DNA from: Squalus acanthias
Lineage: Eukaryota
Assembly (NCBI GenBank): GCA_030390025.1
Contig: JASTWF010000036.1
Span: 1,736,001-1,800,000, forward strand
Direction: 5' to 3'
Length of the DNA: 64,000 nucleotides
Below the pieces are notes generated by a model. The model was not told the DNA's origin, did not search any database, and saw only the letters and a list, made by a program, of their open reading frames with translations. Both the position numbers and the translations under genes were made by a program. Of the stretch, positions 10,712 to 22,422 are shown piece by piece (the stretch's first letter is position 1; each line of letters begins with the position of its first letter).

Positions 10712-13058
10712 TTTTTTATTAGTTCATGGGATGTGGGCGTCGCTGGCAATGCCAGCATTTATTGCCCATCCCTAGTTGCCCTTGAGAAGGTGGTGGTGAG
10801 CTGCCTTCTTGAACCGCTGCAGTCCGTGTGGTGAAGGTGCTCCCACAGTGCTGTTAGGGAGGGAGTTCCAGGATTTTGACCCAGCGACGATGAAGGAACG
10901 GCGATATATTTCCAAGTCAGGATGGTGTGTAACTTGGAGGAGAACTTGGAGATGGTGGTGTTCCCATGCGCCTGCTGCCCTTGTCCTTCTAGGTGGAAGA
11001 GGTCGCGGGTTTGGGAGGTGCTGCCGAAGAAGCCTTGGCGAGTTGCTGCAGTGCATCTTGTAGATGGTACACACTGCAGCCACGGTACGCCGGTGGTGGA
11101 GGGAGTGAATGTTTAAGGTGGTGGATGGGGTGCCAATCAAGCAGACTGCTTTGTCCTGGATGTTGTCGAGCTTCTTGAGTGTTGTTGGAGCTGCACTCAC
11201 CCAGGCATGTGGAGAGTATTCCATCACACTCCTTGCTTGTGCCTTGTAGATGGTGGAAGGCTTTGGAGAGTCAGGAGGTGAGACACTCGCCGCAGAATAC
11301 CCAGCCTCTGACCTGCTCTTGTTGCCACAGTATTTATGTGGTTGGTCCAGTTAAGTTTCTGGTCAATGGTGACCCCCAGGATGTTGATGGTGGGGGGATT
11401 TGGCGATGGTAATGCCATTGAATGTCAAGGGGAGGTGGTTAGACTCTCGCTTGTTGGAGATAGTCATTGCCTGGCACTTCTGTGGCGCGAATGTTACCTG
11501 CCACTTATCAGCCCAAGCCTGAATGTCGTCCAGGTCTTGCTGCATGCGGGCATGGACTGCTTCATTATCTGTGGAATTGTGAATGGCACTGAACACTGTG
11601 CAGTCATCAGCGAACATTTCCATTTCTGACCTTATGTTGGAGGGAAGGTCATTGATGAAGCAGCTGAAGATGCTTGGGCCTAGGACACTGCCCTCAGGAG
11701 GAGGCCGATATGGATTATCCACTCAGCCCTTCTGGCTGAAGATGGTTACAAACGCTTCAGCTTTGTCTTTTGCACTCACGTGCTGGGCTCCACCATCATT
11801 GAGGATGGGGATATTCATGGAGCCTCCTCCCGTTAGTTGTTTAATGGTCCACCACCATTCACGACTGGATGTGGCAGGACTGCAGAGCTTTGATCTGATC
11901 CGTTTATTGTGGAATCGCTTAGCTCTGTCTATAGCATGCTGCTTCCGCTGTTTAGCATTCATGTATTCCTGTGTTGCAGCTTCCCCAGGTTGGCAGTGCA
12001 TTTTTAGATACGCCTGGTGCTGCTCCTGGAATGCTCTTCTACACTCCTTATTGAACCAGGGTTGGTCCCCTAGCTTGATGGCAATGAAGACGGGACTTTG
12101 TCTACAATGACTGTGTGGTGGTCACTGCTACCAATACTGTCATGGACAGATTCGTTGCGACAGGTAAAATGGTGAGGACAAGGTCAAGTAGGTTTTTCCC
12201 TCACCACCTGTCGCAGGCCCAGACTGGCAGCTATGTCCTTCAGGACTCGGCCAGTTGTGGTGCTACCGAGCCACTCTTGGTGATGGACATTGAAGACCCC
12301 CACCCAGAGTACATTCTGTGCCCTTACTACTCTCAGTGCTTCTCAACATGGAGGAGTACTGATTCATCAGCTGAGGGAGGGCGGTAGGTGGTAATCAGCA
12401 GGAGGTTTCCTTGCCCATTGCTTTACCTGAAGCCATGAGACTTGATGGGGTCCAGAGTCAATGTTGAGGACTCCCAGGGCCACTCCTTCCCGACTGTGTA
12501 CCACTGTGCCACCACCCCTGGTGAGTCTGTCCTGCCGGTGGGACAGGACATACCATGGGATGGTGATAGAGGAGTTTGGGACATTGGCTGAAAGGTATGA
12601 TTCTGTGAGTATGACTGTGTCAGGACTAGTCTGTGGGACAGCTCTCCCAATTTTGGCACAAGTCCCCAGATGTTGGTGAGGAGGACTTTGCAGGGTCGAC
12701 TGGGCTGGGTGTGCCGTTACCGAGGTCAATGCCAGGTGGTCCGTTTCATTCTTATTGTGTTTTGTTATAACTGAGTGGCTTATTAGGCCATTTAAGAGTC
12801 AACCACATGTGGGTCTGGAGTCACATAAAGATGGTTGATAGCTTTCCCTAATGATCATTAGTGAACCACAATGGGTTTTTGCAACAATCTGATAGTTTCA
12901 TGGTCAACATTATTGATACTAGCTTTTTATTCCAGATTTATTTAATTAACTGAATTTAAATTCCCCAGCTGCCGTGGTGGGATTTGAACTCATGTCTACT
13001 AAAATCATTAGTCCAGGCTTCTGGATTACTAGTCCAGTAACATAACCACTATGCTACC
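10712..13058 (-). mobile_element. LINE with both ends retained but internally deleted and frameshifted (same family as 1-1193); tRNA-like 5' head, APE and RT remnants
   Basis: APE-like PDTVILTESYL...RQDR..RGGG (12367-12729); linker SREWWWTIKQLTG; RT GSVLGP...FADD (11363-11722); C-terminus HHHLLKGN; box A TAGCATAGTGG (13056-13046) and box B GTTCAAATC (12989-12981). Confidence 0.88.
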
Positions 13059-13244
13059 ATATCCTATGCTTCATTGCTTCATTCTCATCGATGTGAAGCA
13101 TTTGGGGGGTGGGGGGGCACCAACTAAAGTGTGGAGCAGAACTCCAGAGTCAAGTCTCAATCGGACTGGAATAAACTCAAGCCATCTCTGACCACTTGAC
13201 CTTGGTGCCCCTGTGGAGTATAACTCCAGTCCGATGGGAAACTG

Positions 13245-13685
13245 CTGTCAGCTGTGGCTCAGTGGGTAGCACTCTCACCTCTGGGCTCAAGTACCCACTC
13301 CAGAGACTTGAGCACAAAATCTAGGCTGACACTCCCAGTGCAGTGCTGAGGGAGTGCCGTCTTTTGGATGAGGCGTTAAACCGAGGCCCCGTCTGCTCTC
13401 TCAGGTGGACACAAAAGATCCCATGGCACTATTTCGAAGAAGAGCAGGGGGGAGTTCTCCCCGGTGTCCTGGCCAATATTTATCCCTCAACCAACATCAC
13501 TAAAACTGATTATCTGGTCATTATCACATTGCTGTTTGTGGGAGCTTGCTGTGCATAAATTGGCTGCCGCGTTTCCTACATTACAACAGTGGCTACACTC
13601 CAAAAAGTACTTCATTGGCTGTGAAGCGCTTTGGGACGTCCTGAGGTTGTGAAAGACGCCGGAGAAATGCGAGTTTTTCTTTATT
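13245..13685 (+). mobile_element. SacSINE1-like DeuSINE, near full length
   Basis: tRNA-like head, Deu-like core, L2-like tail (AAGCGCTTTGGGACGTCCTGAGG). Confidence 0.85.
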
Positions 13686-14110
13686 TTCAATCTGCTGCAC
13701 TTCCCTGATCGATCTCGAGCTGATGAAAATGTGGATCTATGAATCTAGCGCTGGGTTAAAGCTGCCTGTTGCTGCAACGTAAAGGCAGACAGCTGATCCC
13801 ACGCGTTACATGCGCTCGAAAACTGGCACTGGGACTGGCACTCCTAAAATAAGCTTTGAGTCTCCTGACAGTGAAAGTGTTGGTGAAATCCTCTCCTGGC
13901 TCCGCTCAGAGCTGGTCTGTCTAATAAAAAAAAATCTTCATCCTCACATCTTTCAGTGAAAATGAATCCTCATGTGTACTGTCTCCTCCTGGATTTCGCG
14001 TCGAGCGATTAGGTCACTGTGTGAGCAGCACTGTGCTAAGAACGACACGGGTTTGTCAAAAACTGGACACAGGTAGTTTTGAAAGTGTCTAACGTGTCTC
14101 TTTAAAATAC

Positions 14111-15613
14111 AGGGTAGAGTTTCCACTTTGGCCGCAATCGGCGATCCAGACACAAATTGCGGCCGTTTTGAGAAGTGTTTTTTTTTTCCTCTCTCGAGTT
14201 TCTGCTCAAACTCATTTGCATATCACCGAATGCAAAATCCGCCATCAACCAGCGCAGTCGAGCAGCGTTTTAAAACATATTGTTTTTTATTTAAAAATTT
14301 TGCTTCAAAAAATATTCCTTGATATATTTAAGTGGCGCAGTTTGATTAACACAGCTGAAAGTGGGTTTATCACAAAAAATAAGCATTTTTTAAATCACAG
14401 TGACAATCCACCATCTGCGAGTAACCAGATTTTAAATGACTAAAAATGACTTTTAAAAAATATACAGAATCATTTCCTAGTTATATTGGGGTACAGTAGA
14501 GAAACTATTTCTGCTGGTTGGGGAGTCTGGGACTAGGGGGCTTAGTCTAAAAATTAGAGCCAGACCTTTCAGGAGTGAAGTTAGGAAACACTTCTACACA
14601 CAAAGGGTGGTAGAAGTTTGGAACTCTCTTCCACAAACAGCAATTGATGCTGGGGGTCAATTGTTAATTTTAAATCAGAGATTGATAGATTTCTGTTAAC
14701 CAAAGGGTATTAAGGGATACGGGGCAAAGGCGGGTAGATGGAGTTAGGTCACAGATCAGCCATGATCTCATTGAATGGCGGAACAGGCTCGAGGGGCTGA
14801 ATGGCCTCCTCCTGTTCCTATGTTCCTCGTAGTCAGTTTCTTAGTAAAAGAAAGAAATATAGCACCTTTCACGACCACCGGACGTCCCAAAGCACTTTAC
14901 AGCCAATGAAGTACTTTTGAAGTGTAGTCAACGCAGCAGCCAATTTGTGCACAGCAAGCTCCCACAAACAGCAATGTGATAATGATCAGATCATCTGTTT
15001 TAGTGATGTTGATTGAGGGATAAATATAGGCCCAGGACACCAGGGATAACTCCTCTGCTCTTCTTCGAAATAGTGCCATGGGAACTTATACGTCCACCTG
15101 AGAGAGCAGACGGGGCCTCGGTTTAACATCTCATCCGAAAGACGACACCTCTGACTGTGTAGCACTCCCTCAGCACTAGACTGTTAGCTTAGATTATGTG
15201 CTCAAGTCCCTGGAGTGGGATTTGAACCCACAACCTTCTGACTCTAGAGGCAGGTGTGCTGCCCACTGAGCCACGACTGACACTGTAAAATCAAAACAAA
15301 TTCAAAAACTTTTAAATTGTGCCAATTGGTGTCCTTGCGCCCAAAAGAACCAGTTTAATTTTTGGAGCCTCCTCGAAGGCCCGCAAACGAGTGCAATTAG
15401 CGGAAACTCGCCGTGATGATTAATTCACCCTGGGGTGGGTGGGGCAGCTTCTAGCGCGATGTTTTTTAAACTAGCGTAAAAAATCGCAGCTACTTGAGCT
15501 GCGCTGGATGTAATTAGCGCTTATAATTTAGCGAACTTTTGCGCTGGTTCCGCCGCCTTCGGACTAATTGCGCGCCAAAAAAAACCAGCGCAATCAAGCG
15601 GAAACTGCAGGCC
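14111..15613. mobile_element. Probable Harbinger-type MITE interrupted by a CR1 fragment (~14495-14826, +) and a DeuSINE (~14850-15284, -)
   Basis: CpG-rich ends AGGGTAGAGTTTCC and GGAAACTGCAGGCC form an imperfect TIR; no clean TSD. The nested CR1 and SINE are clear. Confidence 0.5.
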
Positions 15614-15644
15614 TATATATCTACTATAAGGGGTTTTCATCGAG

Positions 15645-15969
15645 TGCATAGAGAGAAACTGTTTCCAGTGGCAGGAGGGTTGGTACCAGAGGACACAAAT
15701 TTAAGATAATTGGCAAAAGAGTCGGAGGGGAGATGAGGAAAAAAAATTACGCAGCGAGTTGTTGTGATCTGGAATACGTTGCCTGAAAAAGCGGTGGGAG
15801 CAGCTTTCAAAAGGGAACTTTCAAATAGTAATTTTCAAAAGGGAACGGGATAAATACTTGAAGGGGGAAAATTTAAGGGCTGTGGGGAAAGAGCGGGGGA
15901 AATGGGACTAGAATCATAGAATGGTTACAGCACAGGAGGAGGCCATTTGGCCCATCGAGCCCGTGCCGG
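15645..15969 (+). mobile_element. CR1 3' fragment followed by an inverted CR1 tail (15909-15969)
   Basis: GAGAAACTGTTTCCAGTGGCAGGAGGG...GGGACTAG, then reverse-complement tail TAGAATCATAGAA...GGCCATTTGGCC. Confidence 0.75.
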
Positions 15970-15972
15970 ATA

Positions 15973-16111
15973 AATGAGAGGGAGTTGTGTGTTCTGCAAT
16001 AGTTTGAACCGATCACGCAGAATAGCTGCAGAGGCTCAGCCAGCAGATGCTCTGCAGATATTCTGCGTGATCGGTTCTGGACTATTGCAGAACACACAAC
16101 TCCCTCTCATT
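15973..16111. repeat. 139-bp fold-back inverted repeat (~60-bp arms)
   Basis: AATGAGAGGGAGTTGTGTGTTCTGCAATAGT... pairs with ...ACTATTGCAGAACACACAACTCCCTCTCATT, with only a few differences further in. Confidence 0.9.
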
Positions 16112-16477
16112 GCAACTTCATTCAGTCAAACCGTTATTAGGATGTCTTCCCCCTTCCCCCCTCCCATCTGACTATGGGCTGCACAGTCGGATTTTCCAGT
16201 AGGTTGTCTAGAATTTTGTAAAATAATTAAACTGAACCCCAGAACTTGTGATTTTGAAGCCCATTGTTCCCACTTCTGTGTCTCATGACTTGACAACGTG
16301 GCTTGCTCGAGTTTTAAATGGATTTTTATCAGCAACAGAGCAAATATCAGGGCCCAGGCCATGATTGCACTCCCCCCCCCCCCCGCCCCCCCCCCACCGC
16401 CCCATCCCACTCAGATCCTGCCTCCAGTATGAGACTTGGTTAAAAAAAAATTGTAAAATGTTATATTTATTGACAAC

Positions 16478-16772
16478 ACCAACCTGTATTTATCTAGCGC
16501 CTTTAACATAGTAAAACGTTCCAAGGTGCTGCACAGGAGCGTTATCAAACAAAATGTGACACCGATCCACATAAGGAGTATTTAGGCAGGTGACCAAAAG
16601 CTTGGTCAAAGAGGTAGGTTTTAAGGAGCGTCTTAAAGGACGAGAGAGAGGTAGCGAGATGGAGAGGTTTAGGGTGGGAATTTCAGAGCTTAGGGCCCAG
16701 GCAACAGAAGGCACGGCCACCAATGGAGGAGCGATTATTATCAGTTATGCGCAAGAGGCCAGAATTGGAGGA
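16478..16772 (-). mobile_element. L2 LINE 3' fragment
   Basis: Reverse complement of the 9330-9735 family. Confidence 0.8.
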
Positions 16773-16929
16773 ACGGAGTGATTGGGGTGATGGGTGTGTA
16801 GGGTTTGGCCGGTGCCAACATCAGTGGGTGCATGTGCCTGAAGTATTTTTGGACTTTTAAAATGGAGATATACCCTTTTAAAATGGAGACGCACTTGGGC
16901 TGCATTTCAAAATGGAGTTTGGACTTTAA

Positions 16930-17798
16930 GGGGGAGAAATTCAGTATCGCCCAATTTGGGGCGCAATTATCGGCCGGGCGCAAAGATTAGCGCCTGGCGC
17001 TAATTATCGCCACATACTGCAAACTTGACTTTTATCGCCCCTGGAGGTGATTGGAGCGCTAAATCAGACGCTTCACAACTGTCTTAAGGCGCAAAGGCCG
17101 AGGAGCGAGGCGCTACCTCAGAGCGCTGGTGAAGCTCATGTGATGTCAGTCAGCAATGGAACACAGCCACAATGGCGCCGGCCAGTTCTTAAAGGGGAGG
17201 GTTGATCTTGCTTTCCATCCACATCCTGCTCATTGCAGCCTTGAATCTCGGCCTGGAGAGACCTGCACATCAAATCTGCTGGAAAGAACAATGGAGAGTA
17301 CCAGGCAAAGAGCTCAGAGTGCAGCCCCCACAGTCTCTTCTAAATCGATACAAGGAATGGCAAATCAAAATGAACCTGCAAAGTGCTGCTCAGTACCCAA
17401 AACTCCTTCACACAACGTTGAATCTCTCCAGAAGTCTCTCTCTCTCTCTGAATGCGTAGTTCAAAAATGGCACCAACAATGAAAGGCAGGAAGCGGTCAC
17501 CTTTAAATAGCGCTCCCCCTTTCCCTTCATTACTGCAGAACGCTCCCCTCAACCTGTCGTTGCTAGCGTCAGGCGGTAAGGCAGGGGGCGCCACTCAATA
17601 TCCACTCCGGGGCGATACCGGGGCGTTGCGCACTCGACTGACGTCACGATCTGCCGGCGCAGGAGATCGTGGCGGTAATGTCTAGTTAATTTCGCGAGCG
17701 GCGCAAACTTCGCCGCGCCTGGGCGCTAGATGCTTTGCGCCCCATTAGCGCCCTCTTAAGGCGCTAACGGGAGGCGCAACCAACTGAATTTTTCCCCC
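16930..17798 (-). mobile_element. Non-autonomous 869-bp deletion derivative of the 1520-5661 Harbinger family, inverted
   Basis: TIRs GGGGGAGAAATT and AATTTTTCCCCC; TAA TSD at 16927-16929 and 17799-17801; both ends align by eye to the ends of the long element. Confidence 0.93.
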
Positions 17799-18060
17799 TA
17801 AGACTTTAAAAAGGACTGACTGTTGCTTTCTGTGAAGATAGCAGGAACTGTCTGTCTTTTGGGTTGCCATGGGACCAGTCTCAATGCTGAGCCTTTTCAT
17901 ATTCGAACTTGTGATTTGTGGAAAAACAGCTTTTGTCCATGGAGCCGGGATGTCTGGATGGACAATGAGGTTTGCAGGCCAAAAGTAACACCTCTGGACT
18001 CTTTCAATGAAGGAGCAGTCAATAACTTAACAGTTAGCAATTCGAGAACTGCTCATCTAC

Positions 18061-19132
18061 AGTAATGGCCTACCATTGTTTTCATCAAGATGACCAATCC
18101 AGGACAGAGACGTCACCAGGAAGACCTACTAACGTCTCTGCGACCATGGTAACCAGGAATCGCCCAGCCAGTTTTGTGTATTATACGAGGTATAAATATG
18201 CTGAACTTTGGGGATTCAGTGCTTGCTTTTCTCTACCATCTGGGACAGGGTTCTCCGCGTAACTACGCGTCCGTCAACTCTCCAGGAACGCCTGAAGTGA
18301 GTGCCTCGCCGTACCGCCTGAACGTAACTCTCTAGGCCTCATCGCATGCCTCTGTTAGGCACGGTTTTGTCTCTGGAGTTGAACGGACCCGGGACCGCGT
18401 GAATCAACAACAAGGGCTGGTAATTATATCCAGCATACACCTCTAGAAATCCCCAGGACCGCCCGCGTGTTTGGCTGCTGAGGAACTGTAAGTGTCCAAG
18501 ACCCAAGCTAACACGTGTGTGTGTGTGAGGAGGCTTCCAAGTGTGGGTTCTGACCAAACCGGGAGAGGGGTTTAGTTAGAAGGGTTTTTCCATTAACTAG
18601 GCTTAGATTCTGGGAAGGGGTTGGTTCGGCGTAATCGACAGGGTGGGTATTTTAGTCTAAGGTTATAAACTAGTGTCCACGGTCACCTACTCGTTCTGCC
18701 GTAAGCGAGAGGAGTAGGGATTGTCGTTTTTGTGAGTGTAATAAAAGGAATCGATCTTTGACCAACCTGAACCGTTTCGTTTTGTCTGAATCATTTATAA
18801 TCTGTCCATAGGAACTCCCTGGGTCCGAACCTGGGGGTTGTGGGGCTTGTGGTTCGCGGTATAATTCGGAAGACAAACCGGGTGGCATCCGGTCACGGCC
18901 GGGTTACACAGTAATCCCGCCGGGGTCGCTGCGCATCGGGCATAGGAGAAGACCTATCTGGCCTTGGTCTCTCTCTCTGTGTGGGATTACCCACTAATCG
19001 ACGGGCTGGGCAGGGACTATTGGCAAAAGCTCCTGCCGTCCAAGGGAAATGACCCAAACCGGGGAGTTTTTGAGGCACGGGTCGACTCAAGGGAGAGTCA
19101 TAGAAACACGGGGCACGCAAAAACACCCTACA
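18061..19132 (+). mobile_element. LTR-like segment (probable long solo LTR)
   Basis: CpG-rich ~1.07-kb block with TATAAATA at ~18191, AATAAA at ~18740 and end ...CCCTACA; the 5' end reads AGTA rather than TGTA and no clean TSD is seen. Confidence 0.45.
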
Positions 19133-19253
19133 GGTGGGGGGGGAGTTAGTTAACCTTTTCAGTGCTTTTGGCTGTACGCTTTTGGCAGTCTCTTCTGTGT
19201 TGTGACGCTAACTTTTTTGTCAGTGATGCAACCACTTTGGCTTTTCTGTGCGA

Positions 19254-19372
19254 TAGACAGATAGATAGACGGATAGACAGACGGAGAGACAGACAGAGAC
19301 GGAGAGACAGACAGAGACGGAGAGACAGACAGAGACGGAGAGACAGACAGATGGAGAGACAGACGGACGGGC
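19254..19372. repeat. AGAC/AGACGG-based simple repeat
   Basis: Visible tandem GAGAGACAGACAGAGACG units. Confidence 0.9.
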
Positions 19373-20428
19373 AGATGGGCGGGCGGACGAGATCAGAGCT
19401 ATGGAAATTAAGCGGCTCTTTGCATTGGCTATCCGCTGAGAGAATGATGCTTGGACCTCATTGGTCTCTGAGCCATTCTACAAGCATGGGAAGTGCTCCA
19501 TCAAACTCTTCCTTCTGGTTCCTGTTGTCAGTGTTGTGTGGGGTGTGCATTTAACCCCTCTGCTGCATGCCTCTCCCTCAAGCTTTTAACATTGCTTTTT
19601 ATATACTCTTCAACATCTCAAACTTGCATAAAAGTCAAGCAATGAAATCTCCCTGAATTTATGTCAAACAAATCTGTACCCACATTCATCTGAAATAAAG
19701 AAATGGGCCGTATCCTTGCTTTAATAGAGAGCTTTCGCTACTGCTATGCATGCTGAGATAGTTCCCCCTCCTCTTGCTTTCTCTCACTCTGTGTAGTGGT
19801 CTCACGCCCACAAACAATGGGATTGAGATGGAGCAAAATTAATTTTGGGAAGCAGCTATCCTCAAAACGACTGTTGGTGACATTAGGAAACAAATACTTT
19901 GTTCATTTTTATAACATTCCTCTATCTGCCATTTTAGCAGAGACATTAACCCGCTTATTTTAATTATGTTAATGCCTTTGCTGAAATAACAGATAAAGGA
20001 ATATTGTGCAAACGTCCTAAAGTTTGTCTGCTGATACCATCCATAGTTATTTCCAGGCTTCAATTTTGATGGCATTTTGGCAGAGCTGTAATTTCATCCT
20101 GCATCACAACAGTGGCTGCGCTTCAACAAGTACTTCGTTGGCTGTGAAGCGCTTTGGGACGTCCTGAGGTGGTGAAAGGCGCTGGAGAAATGCGAGTTCT
20201 TTTTTTTGTTCTTCCTGCCGTTCCCAATACACCAGCGTGCCCAGGTCTTTACCTGTGGTGTTGTAATGTGCAGTTGTTGCTGATGTAATGATGGTCAGTG
20301 GTCTGTGAGGGCGGCACTTCCACTGAAGTTACTGTGGAGCAGACTGTCGGCAAATCTGACTTTAAACAATGGACTGACAACAACAACAACTTGAGTTTAT
20401 ATAGTGCCTTTGACATATGGGGGGGTGC

Positions 20429-20820
20429 GGTAGCATAATGGCTATGTTACCGGACTAGTAATCCAGAGGCATGGACTAATTTATCTAGAGACATGAATTC
20501 AAATCCCACCACAGCAGCTGGGGAATTTAAATTCAGTTAAAAATATCTGGAATAAAAAGCTAGTATCAGTAATGGTGACCATGAAGCTACCAGATTGTCA
20601 TAAAAACCCATCTGGTTCACTAATGTCCTTTTAGGGAAAGAAATCTACCATCTTTACCCGGTCTGGCCTATATGTGACTCCAGACCCACAGCAATGTGGT
20701 TGACTTTTAACTGCCCTCTGAAATGGTGTCTCACCACCACCTTCTCAAGGGCAATCAGGGATGGACAATAAATGCTGGCCTTGCCAGTGACGCCCACATC
20801 CCGTGAACAAATAAAAAAAA
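20429..20820 (+). mobile_element. tRNA-headed SINE made of the 5' ~300 bp and 3' ~90 bp of the 10712-13058 LINE family
   Basis: Head matches the reverse complement of ~12790-13058. Tail CTCACCACCACCTTCTCAAGGGCAA...GCCCACATCCC-A(n) matches the LINE 3' end. Confidence 0.85.
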
Positions 20821-21424
20821 ACGTAGTAAAACATCCCCAGGAGTGTTATCAAACAAAAGCTAAGCCTTATAGTGCAAAGAGCAAGGATTTGCACCAGACA
20901 ACTGTTGTGTTATCACACCATGTTACCTATCTAGACTTGCCGTGTTGTGCAGAAGAACAAACAACTCTACTTATGGTCTGTCATGTTGCCACACAACACA
21001 GCAAGAATCCAATCTGAAGAAATCTGATTGCTTCCCTTTTATTAAAACCCAAGGAATCAGTCGCCTCTGATGAACAGATTGCCTGGATAATACTTTCCAT
21101 TTTCGGCCCTCGGACAGATAAATTTATTTTGCACTTGGTTTCCCTGCGTAGGGAGACGGGGGAAATGAAGCTTAATCTCCACTGTGGCAGTCAGAATCAG
21201 AAGACTGAACGCCAGCTCAGTATTCAAGCTCTTCCTAGGGGAGCAGAGTGTGAACGATAATGGGCCACGTTATCCACTACTAGTAAAGTTCAAGTACAAA
21301 AAAGAAGGGGTGTGTGTGTGTGTATAAAGAGTGAGGCAATCGCAGATGAAAGCGTTAATGGGCTCCTCTTTCGATTCTCCTGTTGTTCACTCTTGCTCCC
21401 GCCTGAAAATGTGTTTGTTGAAAT

Positions 21425-21772
21425 TAAAGAAAGACTTGCATTTATATAGCACCTTTCACAACCTCAGGACGTCCCAAAGCGCTTTACAGTCATAGAGTCA
21501 TAACGGCACAGAAGGAGGCCATTCGGCCCATCGAGTCCGTGCCGGCGAAGTAATTTTTTTTGAAGTGTAGTCACGATTGTAATGTAGGAAACGCAGCAGC
21601 CAAATTGCGCACAGCAAGCTCCCACAAACAGCAATGTGATAATGACCAGATAATCTGTTTTAGTGATGTTGATTGAGGGATAAATATTGGCCAGGACACC
21701 GGGGAGAACTCCCCTGCTCTTCTTCGAAATAGTGCCCATGGGATCTTTTACATCTACTGAGCCACAGCTGAC
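21425..21772 (-). mobile_element. DeuSINE with a ~60-bp CR1 tail inserted (~21489-21548)
   Basis: SINE sequence is interrupted by AGTCATAGAGTCATA...GGCCATTCGGCC. Confidence 0.8.
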
Positions 21773-21987
21773 ATAATTAGCCCAAAAAACTTGCTTGTTA
21801 AGGACTTGTTCAAGGAGCAATCAAGAGACACACCTGCCATTTTACGCAGGCACCCTGAATAGGCAAATTTAGTCTTACCTGTCAGTGAGTTGTCCGAAAG
21901 ATCTCGTAGTTTTTCCACAGCATGACAGATGTGAACAGTATAGTGGAGTCGCCATCAACCGTTGCCCATTATTAGATAGTGCAGCAG

Positions 21988-22422
21988 GAACAACAACAAA
22001 CTTGTATTTATATAGTGCCTATAACGTCGCAAGGTGCTTCACAGGAGTTTTATCAGATGAAATCTGACACCGAGTGACGTAAGGAGATATTCGCACAGGT
22101 GACCAAAAGCTTGGTCAAACAGGGAGGTTTTAAAGAGCATCTTAAAGGAGGAGAGAGAGGTGGAGAGGGTTAGGGAACGAATTCCAGAGCTTAGGCCCTA
22201 GGCAGCTGAAGGCACGGCCGCCAATGGTGGAGCGATGGAAATCGGGGATGTGCAAGAGGCCAGAATTGGAGGAGCGCAGAGCTCTCGGGGAGCGGGGGTT
22301 CTAGGGCTGAAGGTTGTTAGAGAGGGGTGAGACCGCGGAGGATGAGAATCTTAAAATCAAAGTGTTGCCGGACCGGGAGCCATTGTAGGTCAGCGAGCAC
22401 AGGGGTGATGGGTGAACGGGAC
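21988..22422 (-). mobile_element. L2 LINE 3' fragment
   Basis: (CAA)n tail; encodes RSPITPVLADLQWLPVRQHFDFKILIL. Confidence 0.8.

Noticed and set aside
13245..13310. tRNA genes at SINE heads (also 13058, 20429, 50837)
   Set aside because: A/B boxes continue into SINE or LINE bodies; no convincing cloverleaf or terminator.
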